A stretch of 64,000 nt of DNA from an uncultured Gemmatimonadaceae bacterium (GTDB taxonomy: Bacteria > Gemmatimonadota > Gemmatimonadetes > Gemmatimonadales > Gemmatimonadaceae): positions 544,001 to 608,000 of the forward strand of contig CAWHHI010000020.1 in the NCBI GenBank assembly GCA_963829055.1. Reading direction: 5' to 3'. Shown one piece after another: positions 19,117 through 29,181 of the stretch. Position 1 is the stretch's first letter, and every line of letters starts with the position of its first letter. The notes under the pieces were generated by a model. That model was not told the origin of the DNA and did not search any database. It worked only from the letters and a program-made list of their open reading frames with translations. A program made the translations under genes and the position numbers.

Positions 19117-21786
19117 TCACTCCTCCCGCATGGCCGTGAGGACGTCCACGTGCAAGGCATCACGCGCCGGCAGATAACACGCGAGCACAGCCGCCGCCGT
19201 AAGTAACAGCGCCACGCCCGCGTACGTCGGCAGATCGAGCGCCGTGACGCCGAACAGCAGCGTCGCCATGTAGCGAGACAGCGCCACCGCTCCCGTCAGG
19301 CCCACGACGAGCCCGATCACCACGGGCCGCATCCCCTGGGAGATGATGAGCCGGAGCACGCTCGACGTACTCGCGCCGAGCGCCATGCGCATACCGATCT
19401 CCGTGCGACGGCGCGACACGCTGTACGACAACACGCCGTACACACCGGCAAGCGCGAGCAAGAGCGCGACAGCCGCCAGCGACGCGAGCAGCAGCATCGT
19501 GAACCGGCGCGCGGCGACTGACTCTCCCACCATGTCGTCGAGTGTGCGGACGTTCGATAACGGCGTCGTCGGCGCCACCTCCTTCATGATCGCGCGGACG
19601 CTCGGAATGAGCGCCGACGGGGCCGAGTTGGTGTGCACGATGAAATGCACCGGCGTCATCCCGCCGCCATTGTACGGCATGTAGACCGCGAGTGACGGCG
19701 TGTCGGCGAGATCCCAGTCGCGCGTGTCGCCGGCGACGCCGATGACCTCCGCGATGTCCTCGTTCTGCCCCTTCCAGAGCACGATGTGGCGACCAACCGC
19801 GCTTTCACCGGGCCACAGACGTTCCGCGACGCGATGGCTGATGATGACGCGCCATGGCTTCCCGATGACATCCTGGTCGGTGAAGTCGCGCCCCGCCTCC
19901 AGCGGCACACCCATGGTCTTGAAGTAGTCACGCGTGATCATACGCCAGCCCGCCCACGGAATCGCATCGCGCGCGGGTGACGGCTTGTCCTGGGCGGCGA
20001 ATCCCATGCCGGTCCCGATGCCGCGGAGTAACCCCATGCTCACCCCCGCGACGCCCTGCACCTGCGGCAGCGCCTCGAGGCGCGTCTTGAGCTGCGTCAT
20101 CGCGGCGGTGAATCGCTGCGCGTCCGCGTCGTTCTGCGGGCCCGGCAGCGTCACCTCGAACGTGACGCGGTTCTCCGTCTTGAAACCGCGGTCGACGGCG
20201 AGCACCGCGCCGAAACTGCGAATGAGAAGCCCAGCGCCTACGAGCAGCACGAGCGACAGCGCCACCTCGATGCTCACGAGCGCGGCGCGCAGGCCAACCG
20301 TGCGACGATTGCCGACGACGCTCCGTTCGCCCTCCCTGAGCGCGGCGACGATGTCGTGGTACGGCGTCCGTAGCGCCGGGACGAGCCCGGTGATGATGCT
20401 CGTGAGCAGCGCCGCGCCTAACGTCAACGCCAGCACCGCCCCGTCCACCGACACCTCGGCCAGGCGCGGAATGTCTCCGGGGTCGAACGCGCGCAGCAGG
20501 CGCACGACGCCGAACGCGATCCCCAGTCCGACGGCCGCACCAACAAGGCCGAGTAACAGCGACTCGGCGACCGCCGTCTGCACGATGCGCCCCCGCGACG
20601 CACCCAGCGCCGACCGCACCGCACGCTCACGAACGCGACCCGTGGATCGCGCGAGCAGCATGTTCGCCAGGTTCACGCACGCGATGAGCAGCAGGAAGCC
20701 GACCGACGCCATGAGAACCCACAGTGCGCGGCGCAGCGAGTCGCTCGCGACCCAATCTGCGGAAGGCCCAACGGTGATGCCCATGCCTTTCGCTTGCGGG
20801 TACTGACTCGCGAGTTGGCGGGCGACGCGCTCCAGATCCGCGTGCGCGGCCGCAACCGTTACGCCAGGCTCGAGACGTCCAACGACGGTGAGCTCGAAGC
20901 TGTCCCTGTCCTCACGCGGCCCGCGCGTCAGTGGAAGAAACAGGTCGCCCGCGTCGAGCCACGGCGTGCCGGGTGGCAACACGCCGATCACGCGGTAGCC
21001 GCTCCCACTCAGCGTGATCGTGCGCCCGACGATACCACGGTCGCCGCCGAACTGCGTCGTCCACAACCGATGGCTGAGGATGGCGACGCGCGTGTCCGCA
21101 CCGGCGCGATCCTCTCCGTCGGCCAGTGTCCGGCCGGCGAGGGGCGTGACGCCTAACGCGCGGAAGAATCCCGTGGTGACATACGCTACGTTCAGCCGCT
21201 CCGGGCTGTCCTTCCCCGCCAGCGTTATCGACCCCCACGTGATCGCGCCCATCGCGGTGAGCGTGCGATTCATGTCCTGGACGTCCCAGAAGTTCGCGTG
21301 CGTGAACGACGACTGGGTCCAGCCGCGGTCCTGACGCGCCTCCCAGATCTGAACGAGGCGGTCCGGCTCCGGGAACGGCAGCGGACGGAGCAGCACGGTG
21401 CGCACGACGCTGAAGATGGCCGCGTTGGCGCCGATACCTAACGCCAGCGTCAGCACGGCGATCGCGGTGAACGCCGGCTGCCGGATCATCGCCCGGGCGC
21501 CGGACCGCAGGTCAGCCACGAGGGTCGTCATCTTCTCACTCCCGTTGAGTGTCGGTTCACGCACAGGTGGTGCAACCAGAGGCCCGCCGGTGAGCAACGC
21601 GAGGCGCAGCCGCAGCGCGAAACCGGGGACCTGACGACGGTACCATCGGTTGGCCGATCGACGACCGTCACGCGTTAGGCGCAGGACATACCCTTCACGA
21701 AGCTCCTCGAGCGCCTCGTCCCGCACGGCTTCGGGGAGCAGCAGACGAAGCACGGCGGCGGAGAGCCGCGGCGGCGTGGCTGTCAT
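19117..21786 (-). CDS. Duplicated orphan ABC permease (ADOP, 2x MacB_PCD+FtsX) with PPRL-type N-terminal prefix
   Basis: [47 protein letters not shown]-coupled to the upstream PadR. Confidence 0.93.
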   Translation of the reverse strand: MTATPPRLSAAVLRLLLPEAVRDEALEELREGYVLRLTRDGRRSANRWYRRQVPGFALRLRLALLTGGPLVAPPVREPTLNGSEKMTTLVADLRSGARAMIRQPAFTAIAVLTLALGIGANAAIFSVVRTVLLRPLPFPEPDRLVQIWEARQDRGWTQSSFTHANFWDVQDMNRTLTAMGAITWGSITLAGKDSPERLNVAYVTTGFFRALGVTPLAGRTLADGEDRAGADTRVAILSHRLWTTQFGGDRGIVGRTITLSGSGYRVIGVLPPGTPWLDAGDLFLPLTRGPREDRDSFELTVVGRLEPGVTVAAAHADLERVARQLASQYPQAKGMGITVGPSADWVASDSLRRALWVLMASVGFLLLIACVNLANMLLARSTGRVRERAVRSALGASRGRIVQTAVAESLLLGLVGAAVGLGIAFGVVRLLRAFDPGDIPRLAEVSVDGAVLALTLGAALLTSIITGLVPALRTPYHDIVAALREGERSVVGNRRTVGLRAALVSIEVALSLVLLVGAGLLIRSFGAVLAVDRGFKTENRVTFEVTLPGPQNDADAQRFTAAMTQLKTRLEALPQVQGVAGVSMGLLRGIGTGMGFAAQDKPSPARDAIPWAGWRMITRDYFKTMGVPLEAGRDFTDQDVIGKPWRVIISHRVAERLWPGESAVGRHIVLWKGQNEDIAEVIGVAGDTRDWDLADTPSLAVYMPYNGGGMTPVHFIVHTNSAPSALIPSVRAIMKEVAPTTPLSNVRTLDDMVGESVAARRFTMLLLASLAAVALLLALAGVYGVLSYSVSRRRTEIGMRMALGASTSSVLRLIISQGMRPVVIGLVVGLTGAVALSRYMATLLFGVTALDLPTYAGVALLLTAAAVLACYLPARDALHVDVLTAMREE

Positions 21787-22112
21787 GACGGCTCCGCGAG
21801 CGGATCGCCGGCGCGCCACAACCGCTCGAACGTCCGCCGTGACTCGGCGAGCTTGGTCTTGCCCGCCGCGGTGATCTGAAACTCGCGGCTCCCTCGCCCG
21901 CCCTCGCCGGGTCGGGCTTCGCGCTTCGACGAGCGCGCGTAGCCGCGCTGCTCGAGTCGCCTCAACGCCACGAACACCGCGGCGGGTGAGATCGTGCGGC
22001 CCGTCGCCGCCTCGAGCTCGAGCACGATCGGCGCGCCGCGAGACCGGCCGCCGAGTCGAACGAGGGCGAGCATCACGTGATGTTCGAACTCGCCGAGGGC
22101 CATGCGTGACAT
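21783..22112 (-). CDS. PadR-family transcriptional regulator (LGEFE subtype)
   Basis: LGEFEHHVMLAL, AVFVALRRLEQRG, FQITAAGKTKL. Confidence 0.88.
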   Translation of the reverse strand: MSRMALGEFEHHVMLALVRLGGRSRGAPIVLELEAATGRTISPAAVFVALRRLEQRGYARSSKREARPGEGGRGSREFQITAAGKTKLAESRRTFERLWRAGDPLAEPS

Positions 22113-22185
22113 GCGTTGGCTCCTGCGTTGGTCGGCTGGATCAAACTTGCAGTGATAGTATGGTCGCGCATCGGACGAGGCAATA

Positions 22186-22203
22186 CCTGTCCGAATGGAC
22201 AGG
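22186..22203. promoter_or_regulatory. Perfect inverted repeat CCTGTCC-N4-GGACAGG, candidate regulator site
   Basis: Lies in the divergent padR/SDR intergenic region, followed by a partial copy CTGCCCGAT at 22209. Confidence 0.55.
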
Positions 22204-22314
22204 GCGCTCTGCCCGATCGCTCAATGCCGGGAGGCTCGGAGCGACACGATCGTTCGATCACCGGTGGTCGTCACCGGACATCGAACGGACGGAGTCTCAC
22301 AAAGCCTTGTCGCC

Positions 22315-23055
22315 ATGACAGCCAACATCGACCGAACGGCGCTCATCACCGGCGCCTCACGCGGACTCGGCCTCGCGCTCTCACGCGCGCTCGCCACGCG
22401 TGGATGGAATCTCATTCTCACCGCTCGCGACCCGGAGCGGCTGCGACTCGTGCGGGACGAGCTCGCCCGCGTCACACACGTCGCCGCGATCGCCGGTGAC
22501 GTCATCGACCCCGCACATCGGAGCGCGCTCGCGGTACTCGCGCGCGGTCACGCCGGGCTCGACGCGATCGTGAACAACGCCGGCGTGCTCGGACCGAGCC
22601 CGCAGCCGACACTCCTCGAGTATCCGCTCGAGGCGCTCGTCGAGGTGTTTCTCGCGAACGTGCTGGCGCCGCTCGCCGTCATCCAGGAACTCCGAGGCGA
22701 GCTCAAGCCCGGCGCCCGGATCATCAACGTGACGAGCGACGCCGCGGTCAACGCGTATCCAGGCTGGGGCGGATACGGCGCGAGCAAAGCGGCGCTCGAG
22801 CAGCTCTCGGCGGTTCTCGCGGCGGAGAATCGCGACGTGCGTGTGTATTCCGTCGATCCGGGAGACATGCGCACGGACATGCATCAAGCGGCATATCCAG
22901 GCGAGGACATCAGCGACCGGCCACTCCCCGAGTCGAAGGTGCCGGGATTCATTGCCGTGCTCGAGGGGGATCTGCCGAGCGGGCGGTATGTCGCCTCGGA
23001 CGTCGCGGATGGTGCGCGCTCTCACGCGTTGACATCCGCATCGGTGGCCGCATGA
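22315..23055 (+). CDS. SDR-family oxidoreductase
   Basis: ITGASRGLG, VNNAG, YGASK; ATGA-coupled to the QueA-like gene. Confidence 0.93.
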   Translation: MTANIDRTALITGASRGLGLALSRALATRGWNLILTARDPERLRLVRDELARVTHVAAIAGDVIDPAHRSALAVLARGHAGLDAIVNNAGVLGPSPQPTLLEYPLEALVEVFLANVLAPLAVIQELRGELKPGARIINVTSDAAVNAYPGWGGYGASKAALEQLSAVLAAENRDVRVYSVDPGDMRTDMHQAAYPGEDISDRPLPESKVPGFIAVLEGDLPSGRYVASDVADGARSHALTSASVAA

Positions 23056-24221
23056 GTCACGCGCTTCGAGCACGACCCATCGAGCTCGTTGCGCGGACGC
23101 CAGACGAGTCGGTCGACTTCGAGTCGCTCGACTTCGAACTTTCCGACGCGCTGCTGGCGCACGAGCCGCCGGAAGCGCGTGGACTCTCGCGGGACCAAGT
23201 GCGCCTGCTCGTGACCGATCCGACCAATGATAGCGTTAGGCACGCCGTGGCCCGCGACCTGCCGACCTACCTCGACGCCGGCGATCTGCTCGTCGCCAAC
23301 TCCAGCGCGACGATCAATGCGGCACTCGATGCGTGGCGCCCAGCCACAGGTGGCGCATCTGACGAGTTGATCGCGCTGCATCTGTCGTCGCCGGTGCCGG
23401 GTGCGGCGACTGATGATCGCTGGGTCGTCGAGCTACGCCGGTTGACGCCCGACGGTACTCGGCCGCTGCTCGACGCGCGTGCTGGCGAGCGGATCGGACT
23501 CCGCGGCGGCGCATTCGCGACGCTGATCGCTCCGTTCAGGCGTGGTGCCGCGGGCGGCCCGCCTAACGACCAAACCCGCCTCTGGGAAGCCGAGCTCTCT
23601 TACCCGGGCGGTGCACTGGCGTACGCCTGGGAGTTCGGGTCGCCCATCCGCTACGGCTATGTGCACGACCGCTGGCCACTCGCCACGTACCAGACGGTAT
23701 TCGCCGATGAACCGGGAAGCGCCGAGATGCCTTCTGCCGGCCGACCGTTCACGCCGGAGCTGGTCGAACGGATCCGATCGCGCGGCGTGGCGATCGCATT
23801 GCTGACGCTTCACACAGGCGTGGCGAGCCTCGAGTCAGGCGAGTCGCCGTATCCCGAGCGCTACCGCGTTCCGCGCGAGACCGCGATCGCGGTGAATCGC
23901 GCCCGTGCCGCTGGCGGCCGCGTCGTCGCCATCGGGACGACGGTCGTGCGCGCGCTCGAGACGGTCGCGGACATCGACGGGACCGTGAGCGCCGGTGAGG
24001 GGTGGACGGATCTCGTGATCACGCCGGAGCGTGGCGTACGAGCGGTGGACGCCCTGCTCACCGGGTTCCACGAGCCGCGTGCATCACACCTCGCGATGCT
24101 GGAAGCCATCGCGGGGCGACGGCATCTCGCCGCCGCGTACGGCGCCGCGATCCGAGAGCGGTATCTCTGGCACGAGTTCGGCGATGTCCACCTGATCATG
24201 CGCCGATCGGGAGCGGGGTGA
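23052..24221 (+). CDS. Divergent QueA-like protein (SAM:tRNA ribosyltransferase-isomerase fold)
   Basis: GDLLVAN, YQTVFA, TLHTG, VAIGTTVVRALE, LLTGFHEP, YLWHEFGD. Canonical PLPPYI and AAPTAGLHF are replaced by PIRYGYV and AEMPSAGRPF. Confidence 0.88.
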   Translation: MSHALRARPIELVARTPDESVDFESLDFELSDALLAHEPPEARGLSRDQVRLLVTDPTNDSVRHAVARDLPTYLDAGDLLVANSSATINAALDAWRPATGGASDELIALHLSSPVPGAATDDRWVVELRRLTPDGTRPLLDARAGERIGLRGGAFATLIAPFRRGAAGGPPNDQTRLWEAELSYPGGALAYAWEFGSPIRYGYVHDRWPLATYQTVFADEPGSAEMPSAGRPFTPELVERIRSRGVAIALLTLHTGVASLESGESPYPERYRVPRETAIAVNRARAAGGRVVAIGTTVVRALETVADIDGTVSAGEGWTDLVITPERGVRAVDALLTGFHEPRASHLAMLEAIAGRRHLAAAYGAAIRERYLWHEFGDVHLIMRRSGAG

Positions 24222-24266
24222 TAGCTTGCGTCGGCCACGCTACGCGCCATTGCTCTCATCGCCTCC

Positions 24267-26003
24267 ATGCGCCGACTCCATTCGCTATCGCCTCTCATCG
24301 CCAGCGCGCTCATCGCGTGCACTCGTGCCGTGCCGGGCACGTCCACGCCGGTCGCCGCTGGCGAGCTGCCACGAACGCACGTCGCCAGGCCGACGACGGG
24401 CGCGATAGACCCGGCCGATCTCATGACGCGCTTGTACGTGCTCGCCGACGACTCGATGCTCGGGCGCGAAGCGGCGACGCTGGGCAACGTGAAGGCGACG
24501 GACTACATCGCGCGCGAGATGCAGCGCATTGGACTCGCGCCCGGCGGCGAGAACGGGACGTACTTCCAGACGGTGCCGGTGCTGATCGCGCGAATAGACA
24601 CGACGCGCACGATCTCCGTCGAGGGAACGCGACTCGCGCTCGGCAGCGACGTGCTGCCGTTCTCGGCCAACACGGCGGCGACCATGCTGCCACGTGGTGC
24701 GACGATCCGCTCGGTGGACGGCGCGCAGGTCGTCTACGGCGGGCTGCTCGGCAGCGGCACGCTCATCGCCCCCGAGCAAGCGGCGGGCAAGGTGGTCGTG
24801 TTCACGGTCGCGCCCGATTCGACCGGACGGCGCGACTACCGCTTCTACCTGAAAGGGCCGCTCACGCAGTACGGCGACGCCGCCGGCATCGCGGCTGTCG
24901 TGCTGGACGTCGTGCCGCCTAACGTGCTCAATCGCTTTCGCGGCGCGGCGATGCGCATCCATCGCGACGATCCGACAGGAACGGCGCCGACCATCATGCT
25001 GGTGACACCCGCGGCCGCGCAGCGGATGCTCGGTGTCGCGCAACTCGACCGAATTAGCGTCGGGACTGTCGGGAAGACGCTGAGTGGGACGGTCGCGATC
25101 ACAGAGGCGCCCACGCTGTATCCGGCTCGCAACGTGATCGGTGTCCTGGCCGGCTCCGACCCCGCGCTGCGCGGCCAGTACGTCGCCGTCGGTGCGCACA
25201 ACGATCACATCGGCCTAACGAATCGTCCGCTCGACCACGACTCGGTGGAGGCGACGAATCGCGTCATCCGCCGGCAGGGAGGTCAGGACCCGGTGCGCGC
25301 GGCGACGCCGGAAGAATCGGCTCGCATCACCCAGCTCCGCGACAGCCTGCGTCAGGCGCACGGCGGCGTGCGGATGGATTCCGTGAACAACGGCGCCGAC
25401 GATGACGGCTCGGGCACGGTCGCGATGCTCGAGATCGCGGAGCGGTTCGCCACGGCGCCGCATCCGAGGCGGTCGCTGATCTTCGTCTCGCACACGGGCG
25501 AGGAGAAGGGGCTCTGGGGGTCTGACTGGTTCACGGACCACTCGACCGTTCCACGCGACTCGATCGTCGCCCAGTTGAACATGGACATGGTGGGGCGCGG
25601 GAAGGCGACGGACGCGATGGGTCGCGGCCCGAACAACATCCAGATGATCGGCTCGCGCCGCCTGTCCACGCAGCTCGGCGATCTCATCGACTCGTTGAAC
25701 ACGGCGCGCACGCCGCACATGGACCCGGACTACTCGTTCGACACGCCGGGCCATCCGCTCAATCGGTACTGCCGCAGCGACCACTATATGTATGCGCGCT
25801 ACGGCATCCCGATCACCTACTTCTCGCTCGGCTACCACACGGGATATCACCAGGTCGTGGATGAGCCGCAGTACATCGACTACGACCACATGGCCCGGAT
25901 CGCCAGCTTCGTGCACGACATTGCCGAGGCGGTGGCGAACCGACCGCAGCGTCTGATCGTGGACAAGCCAAAGCCGGATCCAAAGGCGGGTTGTCGGCAA
26001 TGA
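24267..26003 (+). CDS. M28-family peptidase, probable lipoprotein
   Basis: Lipobox-like LIAC; GAHNDH, NGADDDGSGT, GEEKGLWGS, NMDMVGR, RSDH, YHQVVD. Confidence 0.92.
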   Translation: MRRLHSLSPLIASALIACTRAVPGTSTPVAAGELPRTHVARPTTGAIDPADLMTRLYVLADDSMLGREAATLGNVKATDYIAREMQRIGLAPGGENGTYFQTVPVLIARIDTTRTISVEGTRLALGSDVLPFSANTAATMLPRGATIRSVDGAQVVYGGLLGSGTLIAPEQAAGKVVVFTVAPDSTGRRDYRFYLKGPLTQYGDAAGIAAVVLDVVPPNVLNRFRGAAMRIHRDDPTGTAPTIMLVTPAAAQRMLGVAQLDRISVGTVGKTLSGTVAITEAPTLYPARNVIGVLAGSDPALRGQYVAVGAHNDHIGLTNRPLDHDSVEATNRVIRRQGGQDPVRAATPEESARITQLRDSLRQAHGGVRMDSVNNGADDDGSGTVAMLEIAERFATAPHPRRSLIFVSHTGEEKGLWGSDWFTDHSTVPRDSIVAQLNMDMVGRGKATDAMGRGPNNIQMIGSRRLSTQLGDLIDSLNTARTPHMDPDYSFDTPGHPLNRYCRSDHYMYARYGIPITYFSLGYHTGYHQVVDEPQYIDYDHMARIASFVHDIAEAVANRPQRLIVDKPKPDPKAGCRQ

Positions 26004-26034
26004 GCGCTGGGAACGGGGAACGGCGGAGCTGAGC

Positions 26035-26143
26035 TGTCATCCCGAGCGTCAGCGAGGGATCTTCTCGAACGTGATCGTGGCTTGGCCAGCTACAATGACA
26101 TTCACACGAGGGTCCCTCGTCGCTGGCGCTCCTCGGGATCGAC
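26035..26143. repeat. REP/REPIN-like element family A
   Basis: TGTCATCCCGAGCGTCAGCGAGGGATCTT...AGGGTCCCTCGTCGCTGGCGCTCCTCGGGAT. Confidence 0.88.
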
Positions 26144-26189
26144 GATAACGTGGCTGGCGCGGCCACGCGCCAGTTACCATTGTACCCCA

Positions 26190-29075
26190 ATGCTTTCGCC
26201 GTTCCGTCGCACAGTCGTCGCGCCTGCGCTGGTCGCTCTCGTCGCCAGCACCGCATTGCAGCAGTCCTCGCTCCCGCGCACGCCAAACGAAGTGGTACGC
26301 GCCGCCGAGCGAGCCGTGACCGCGCGCCGGGCCGCCGTCGTGCGACAGGAGTGGCTCGGACGACTCCGACGTGAGCCCGCCAATCGGCTCGCCAGGCTTG
26401 GCGTCGCGGCATTCGCGCGACTGGCGTACGACTATGCGGCCGCCGACTCGTTCGCCGCTCCACTGCTCGCTCGTAGTGGCGATCGGCCCGACGGCATCGC
26501 GGCGTGGGCGCGCATCGAAACCGCCCTGGCACTTGCGCAGCAATGGCGGCTCGGAGAAACCGATTCGCTACTCACGATCGCCGCGAGCGAAGGAGCCGCG
26601 GCCGGCGACGGGACAGCCGAGGGCGTCGCCCTCGCACGCCTCGCGCTGCTGCGTGGTCGCACGCAGGGCGTGGACGCCGGGCTCGCCCTGCTCGATCGCG
26701 CAGTCCGCGCTCTCCCACCGGCCGATTCCGTCGACCGCGCGCTCGCTCTCGCCTATCGCGCGCAGCTCGTGCTGGCGCGCGGGACGCCCGGTGCCGGGCC
26801 GCTCGCCGACTCCGCGCTCCGACTCGCGCGACGTACCGGCGCCGCACGCATCGAAGGATTGGCCTACAACATCCTCGGCCGCGAACAGCTCCGCGTAAGG
26901 CGCGCCGACTCCGCCGAGGTGCTGTTCAGTCGCGCAGTCGAGCGGTTGCGCGCCGCGGGCGATCTCGCCGGCTACGCAGGGTCGCTCCAGTGGCGCGGCT
27001 ATCTGCTTCGCTCGCGCGGCGAGCTCGGGGCGGCCGAGCGCGACCTCCGCGCGGGTCTCGCCGTCGGACGCATTGCGGGGCAAGTGGTGCTCGGGTGGAC
27101 GGAGATGAACCTCGGGCAGGTCGCGATGTCGCTCAACGACTGGGGCGAAGCGCGACGTCACCTCACGTCGTCGCAGGCGCTGCTCGATTCCGCGCGTGAT
27201 CGCTGGGGCGGGGCCACTGCGACGCAGCTCGAGGCGTCGGTTCGCTGGGCCGTGCGCGATTGGGCAGGCGCCGACTCCCTGCTCCGCGCCGCCGAGCAGC
27301 AGCTCGCGCAGTCGGGCAACACGTCGCAGATCCTGGACACGCGCGTGCAGCGACTCCGCTATGCGCTCGCGCGTCGCGACTGGCCGCATGCGGCGGAGAT
27401 GCTCGCGCTCGCGCGCGACTCGACGATCCGGGGACGCTCCGCCGAGTACGTCGACCTCGACTACTACGACGCACTGCTCGCGCTCGGCACCGGACGGCCT
27501 AACGATGCTCGCCGCGCGCTCGATCGATCGCAGCGCGAGAGTGCGCGCAGCGGAGAAGCCCCGACCTACCTGCAGCTCGCCCGCGCCGCGGAAGCCGAGG
27601 CGCTCCTCGGGCGTCTCGATACCGCAGAAGCGAAGTTAGGCGAGGCGATGAAGGTCTTCGAGCGGTACCGCGCGTCGCAGGCGACTCGGGAGCAACGACT
27701 CGCCGCTCTCGGCGTCGCCGGCGACGCCGATGATCCCAGCGTTGGCGTCGCCACGGTCGTCGCGTCGCTCGCGCGCGCGGGCCGCACGGCCGCAGCCTTC
27801 AACTTCGCCGAGCGAACGAAGGCGCGTGAGCTGCTCGATGGGATGACGCGTCGAGAGGCGCTGCGCGATCCGGGCAACGATCGCCCAGAGACGCGTGAGG
27901 CGGCGCTCGCGAACGTGTACGCGCGGCCCGTGACGCTCGCCGAATTGCAGTCCGCTCTGCCGGAATCGACGGCGGTCGTGCACTTCAACACTGGAACGTG
28001 GAACGAGCCGACGACCGCATTCGTGCTCACGCGCGAGGGCACGTCGGCATACGTGCTCCCGCCCGCGGATTCGCTCGTCGATCCTGTTCGCCGACTCGTC
28101 CTCGCCATGCAGGCGAAGAGCGACATTCGCATCCAGGCCCGAAATCTGGGCAATGCGATCGCCGCGCCGATTGCCGCCGCGATGCCAGCCGCCATCACGC
28201 GCCTCGTCATCGTTCCAGGGGCGCCGCTGAACACATTGCCGTTCGACGTGCTCACGCTGCCGGATGGCCGCATGATGATCCAGCGGTTCGAGCTGTCGTA
28301 CGCGCCGAGTGCGTCGGTGTACGCCGCGCTGCGGCGTCGCGCAATCGACGGCGCGGGCGACCACACGAATGCGACGACGGTTGGAGGGCCCGGGGTGCTC
28401 GCGTTCGGTGCGCCGGAGCGGTCGCGAAAGTCCGGCGTGGCGCGATGGGACACGCTTCCGCCACTGCCCGCGGCCGCAGCCGAAGCGCGCGACGTCGCCC
28501 GGTCCGCACCGCGATCACTCGTTAGGCTCGGCCGCGATGCGAGCGAGGCGGCGCTCAAGCAGGCGGCGCTCTCCGACGTCGCCGTGCTGCACTTCGCGTC
28601 GCATGCCGTGGTCGACCCGGCCGGACTGCGAGGGACGGCACTGCTGCTCGCGTCAGGCGGAGGCGAGGATGGCGTCGTGCGGCCCGAGGAGCTGAGCGCC
28701 CTCGCGCTCGACACGGATCTCGTCGTGCTCTCAGCGTGTTCGACGGCGTTGAGCGGCGGTCACGCGGGTGACGAGGGCCTTCGCGGGTTGGTCGCGCCGA
28801 TGATCGAGGCCGGCGCGCGGGGCGTGGCCGCGACGCTCTGGGCGGTGGACGACGAGGCCCAACGGCTGCTCGTCCGTCGCTTCTATCAGCGACTGTCGCG
28901 AGGAGAAACCTCTGCCGCGGCGCTGCGGGGGGCGAAGCTCGAGGCCATTCGCGACGGCGCGATCCCGCGTGACTGGGCGGCCATGGTGCTGTGGGGCGAT
29001 CCACTCACCCGGCCGCTCGGCGGAGCCCGCCAGCTGGGCGGTAACGTTCGCCCGAGCTCGAGCCGCCGACCCTGA
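26190..29075 (+). CDS. TPR-CHAT (caspase/separase-like) protease with predicted signal peptide
   Basis: MLSPFRRTVVAPALVALVASTA leader; helical TPR-like region; intact catalytic dyad VLHFASHA and LVVLSACST; ATLWAVDD; DWAAMVLWG. Confidence 0.9.
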   Translation: MLSPFRRTVVAPALVALVASTALQQSSLPRTPNEVVRAAERAVTARRAAVVRQEWLGRLRREPANRLARLGVAAFARLAYDYAAADSFAAPLLARSGDRPDGIAAWARIETALALAQQWRLGETDSLLTIAASEGAAAGDGTAEGVALARLALLRGRTQGVDAGLALLDRAVRALPPADSVDRALALAYRAQLVLARGTPGAGPLADSALRLARRTGAARIEGLAYNILGREQLRVRRADSAEVLFSRAVERLRAAGDLAGYAGSLQWRGYLLRSRGELGAAERDLRAGLAVGRIAGQVVLGWTEMNLGQVAMSLNDWGEARRHLTSSQALLDSARDRWGGATATQLEASVRWAVRDWAGADSLLRAAEQQLAQSGNTSQILDTRVQRLRYALARRDWPHAAEMLALARDSTIRGRSAEYVDLDYYDALLALGTGRPNDARRALDRSQRESARSGEAPTYLQLARAAEAEALLGRLDTAEAKLGEAMKVFERYRASQATREQRLAALGVAGDADDPSVGVATVVASLARAGRTAAAFNFAERTKARELLDGMTRREALRDPGNDRPETREAALANVYARPVTLAELQSALPESTAVVHFNTGTWNEPTTAFVLTREGTSAYVLPPADSLVDPVRRLVLAMQAKSDIRIQARNLGNAIAAPIAAAMPAAITRLVIVPGAPLNTLPFDVLTLPDGRMMIQRFELSYAPSASVYAALRRRAIDGAGDHTNATTVGGPGVLAFGAPERSRKSGVARWDTLPPLPAAAAEARDVARSAPRSLVRLGRDASEAALKQAALSDVAVLHFASHAVVDPAGLRGTALLLASGGGEDGVVRPEELSALALDTDLVVLSACSTALSGGHAGDEGLRGLVAPMIEAGARGVAATLWAVDDEAQRLLVRRFYQRLSRGETSAAALRGAKLEAIRDGAIPRDWAAMVLWGDPLTRPLGGARQLGGNVRPSSSRRP

Positions 29076-29181
29076 GCGCCGCACCGACGCAACAGTCAGC
29101 ATCCTCTGCTGGCTTCCGCTGGCGACGGTCGCGGGTGTCGTTGCAATATCCGCGTGTGGCCTCCCTTCCTATCCGAATCCG

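Noticed and set aside
23052..24221. Assigning the gene symbol queA
   Set aside because: Key canonical motifs are substituted and no queuosine-pathway neighbours are present.
26082..26189. N-terminal extension of the CHAT ORF
   Set aside because: It starts inside a REP element; ATG 26190 gives a signal-peptide-like start.
26190..29075. Craspase/type III-E or other defence-associated CHAT
   Set aside because: No Cas7-11, CRISPR array or gasdermin-like gene nearby, and the protein appears to be exported.
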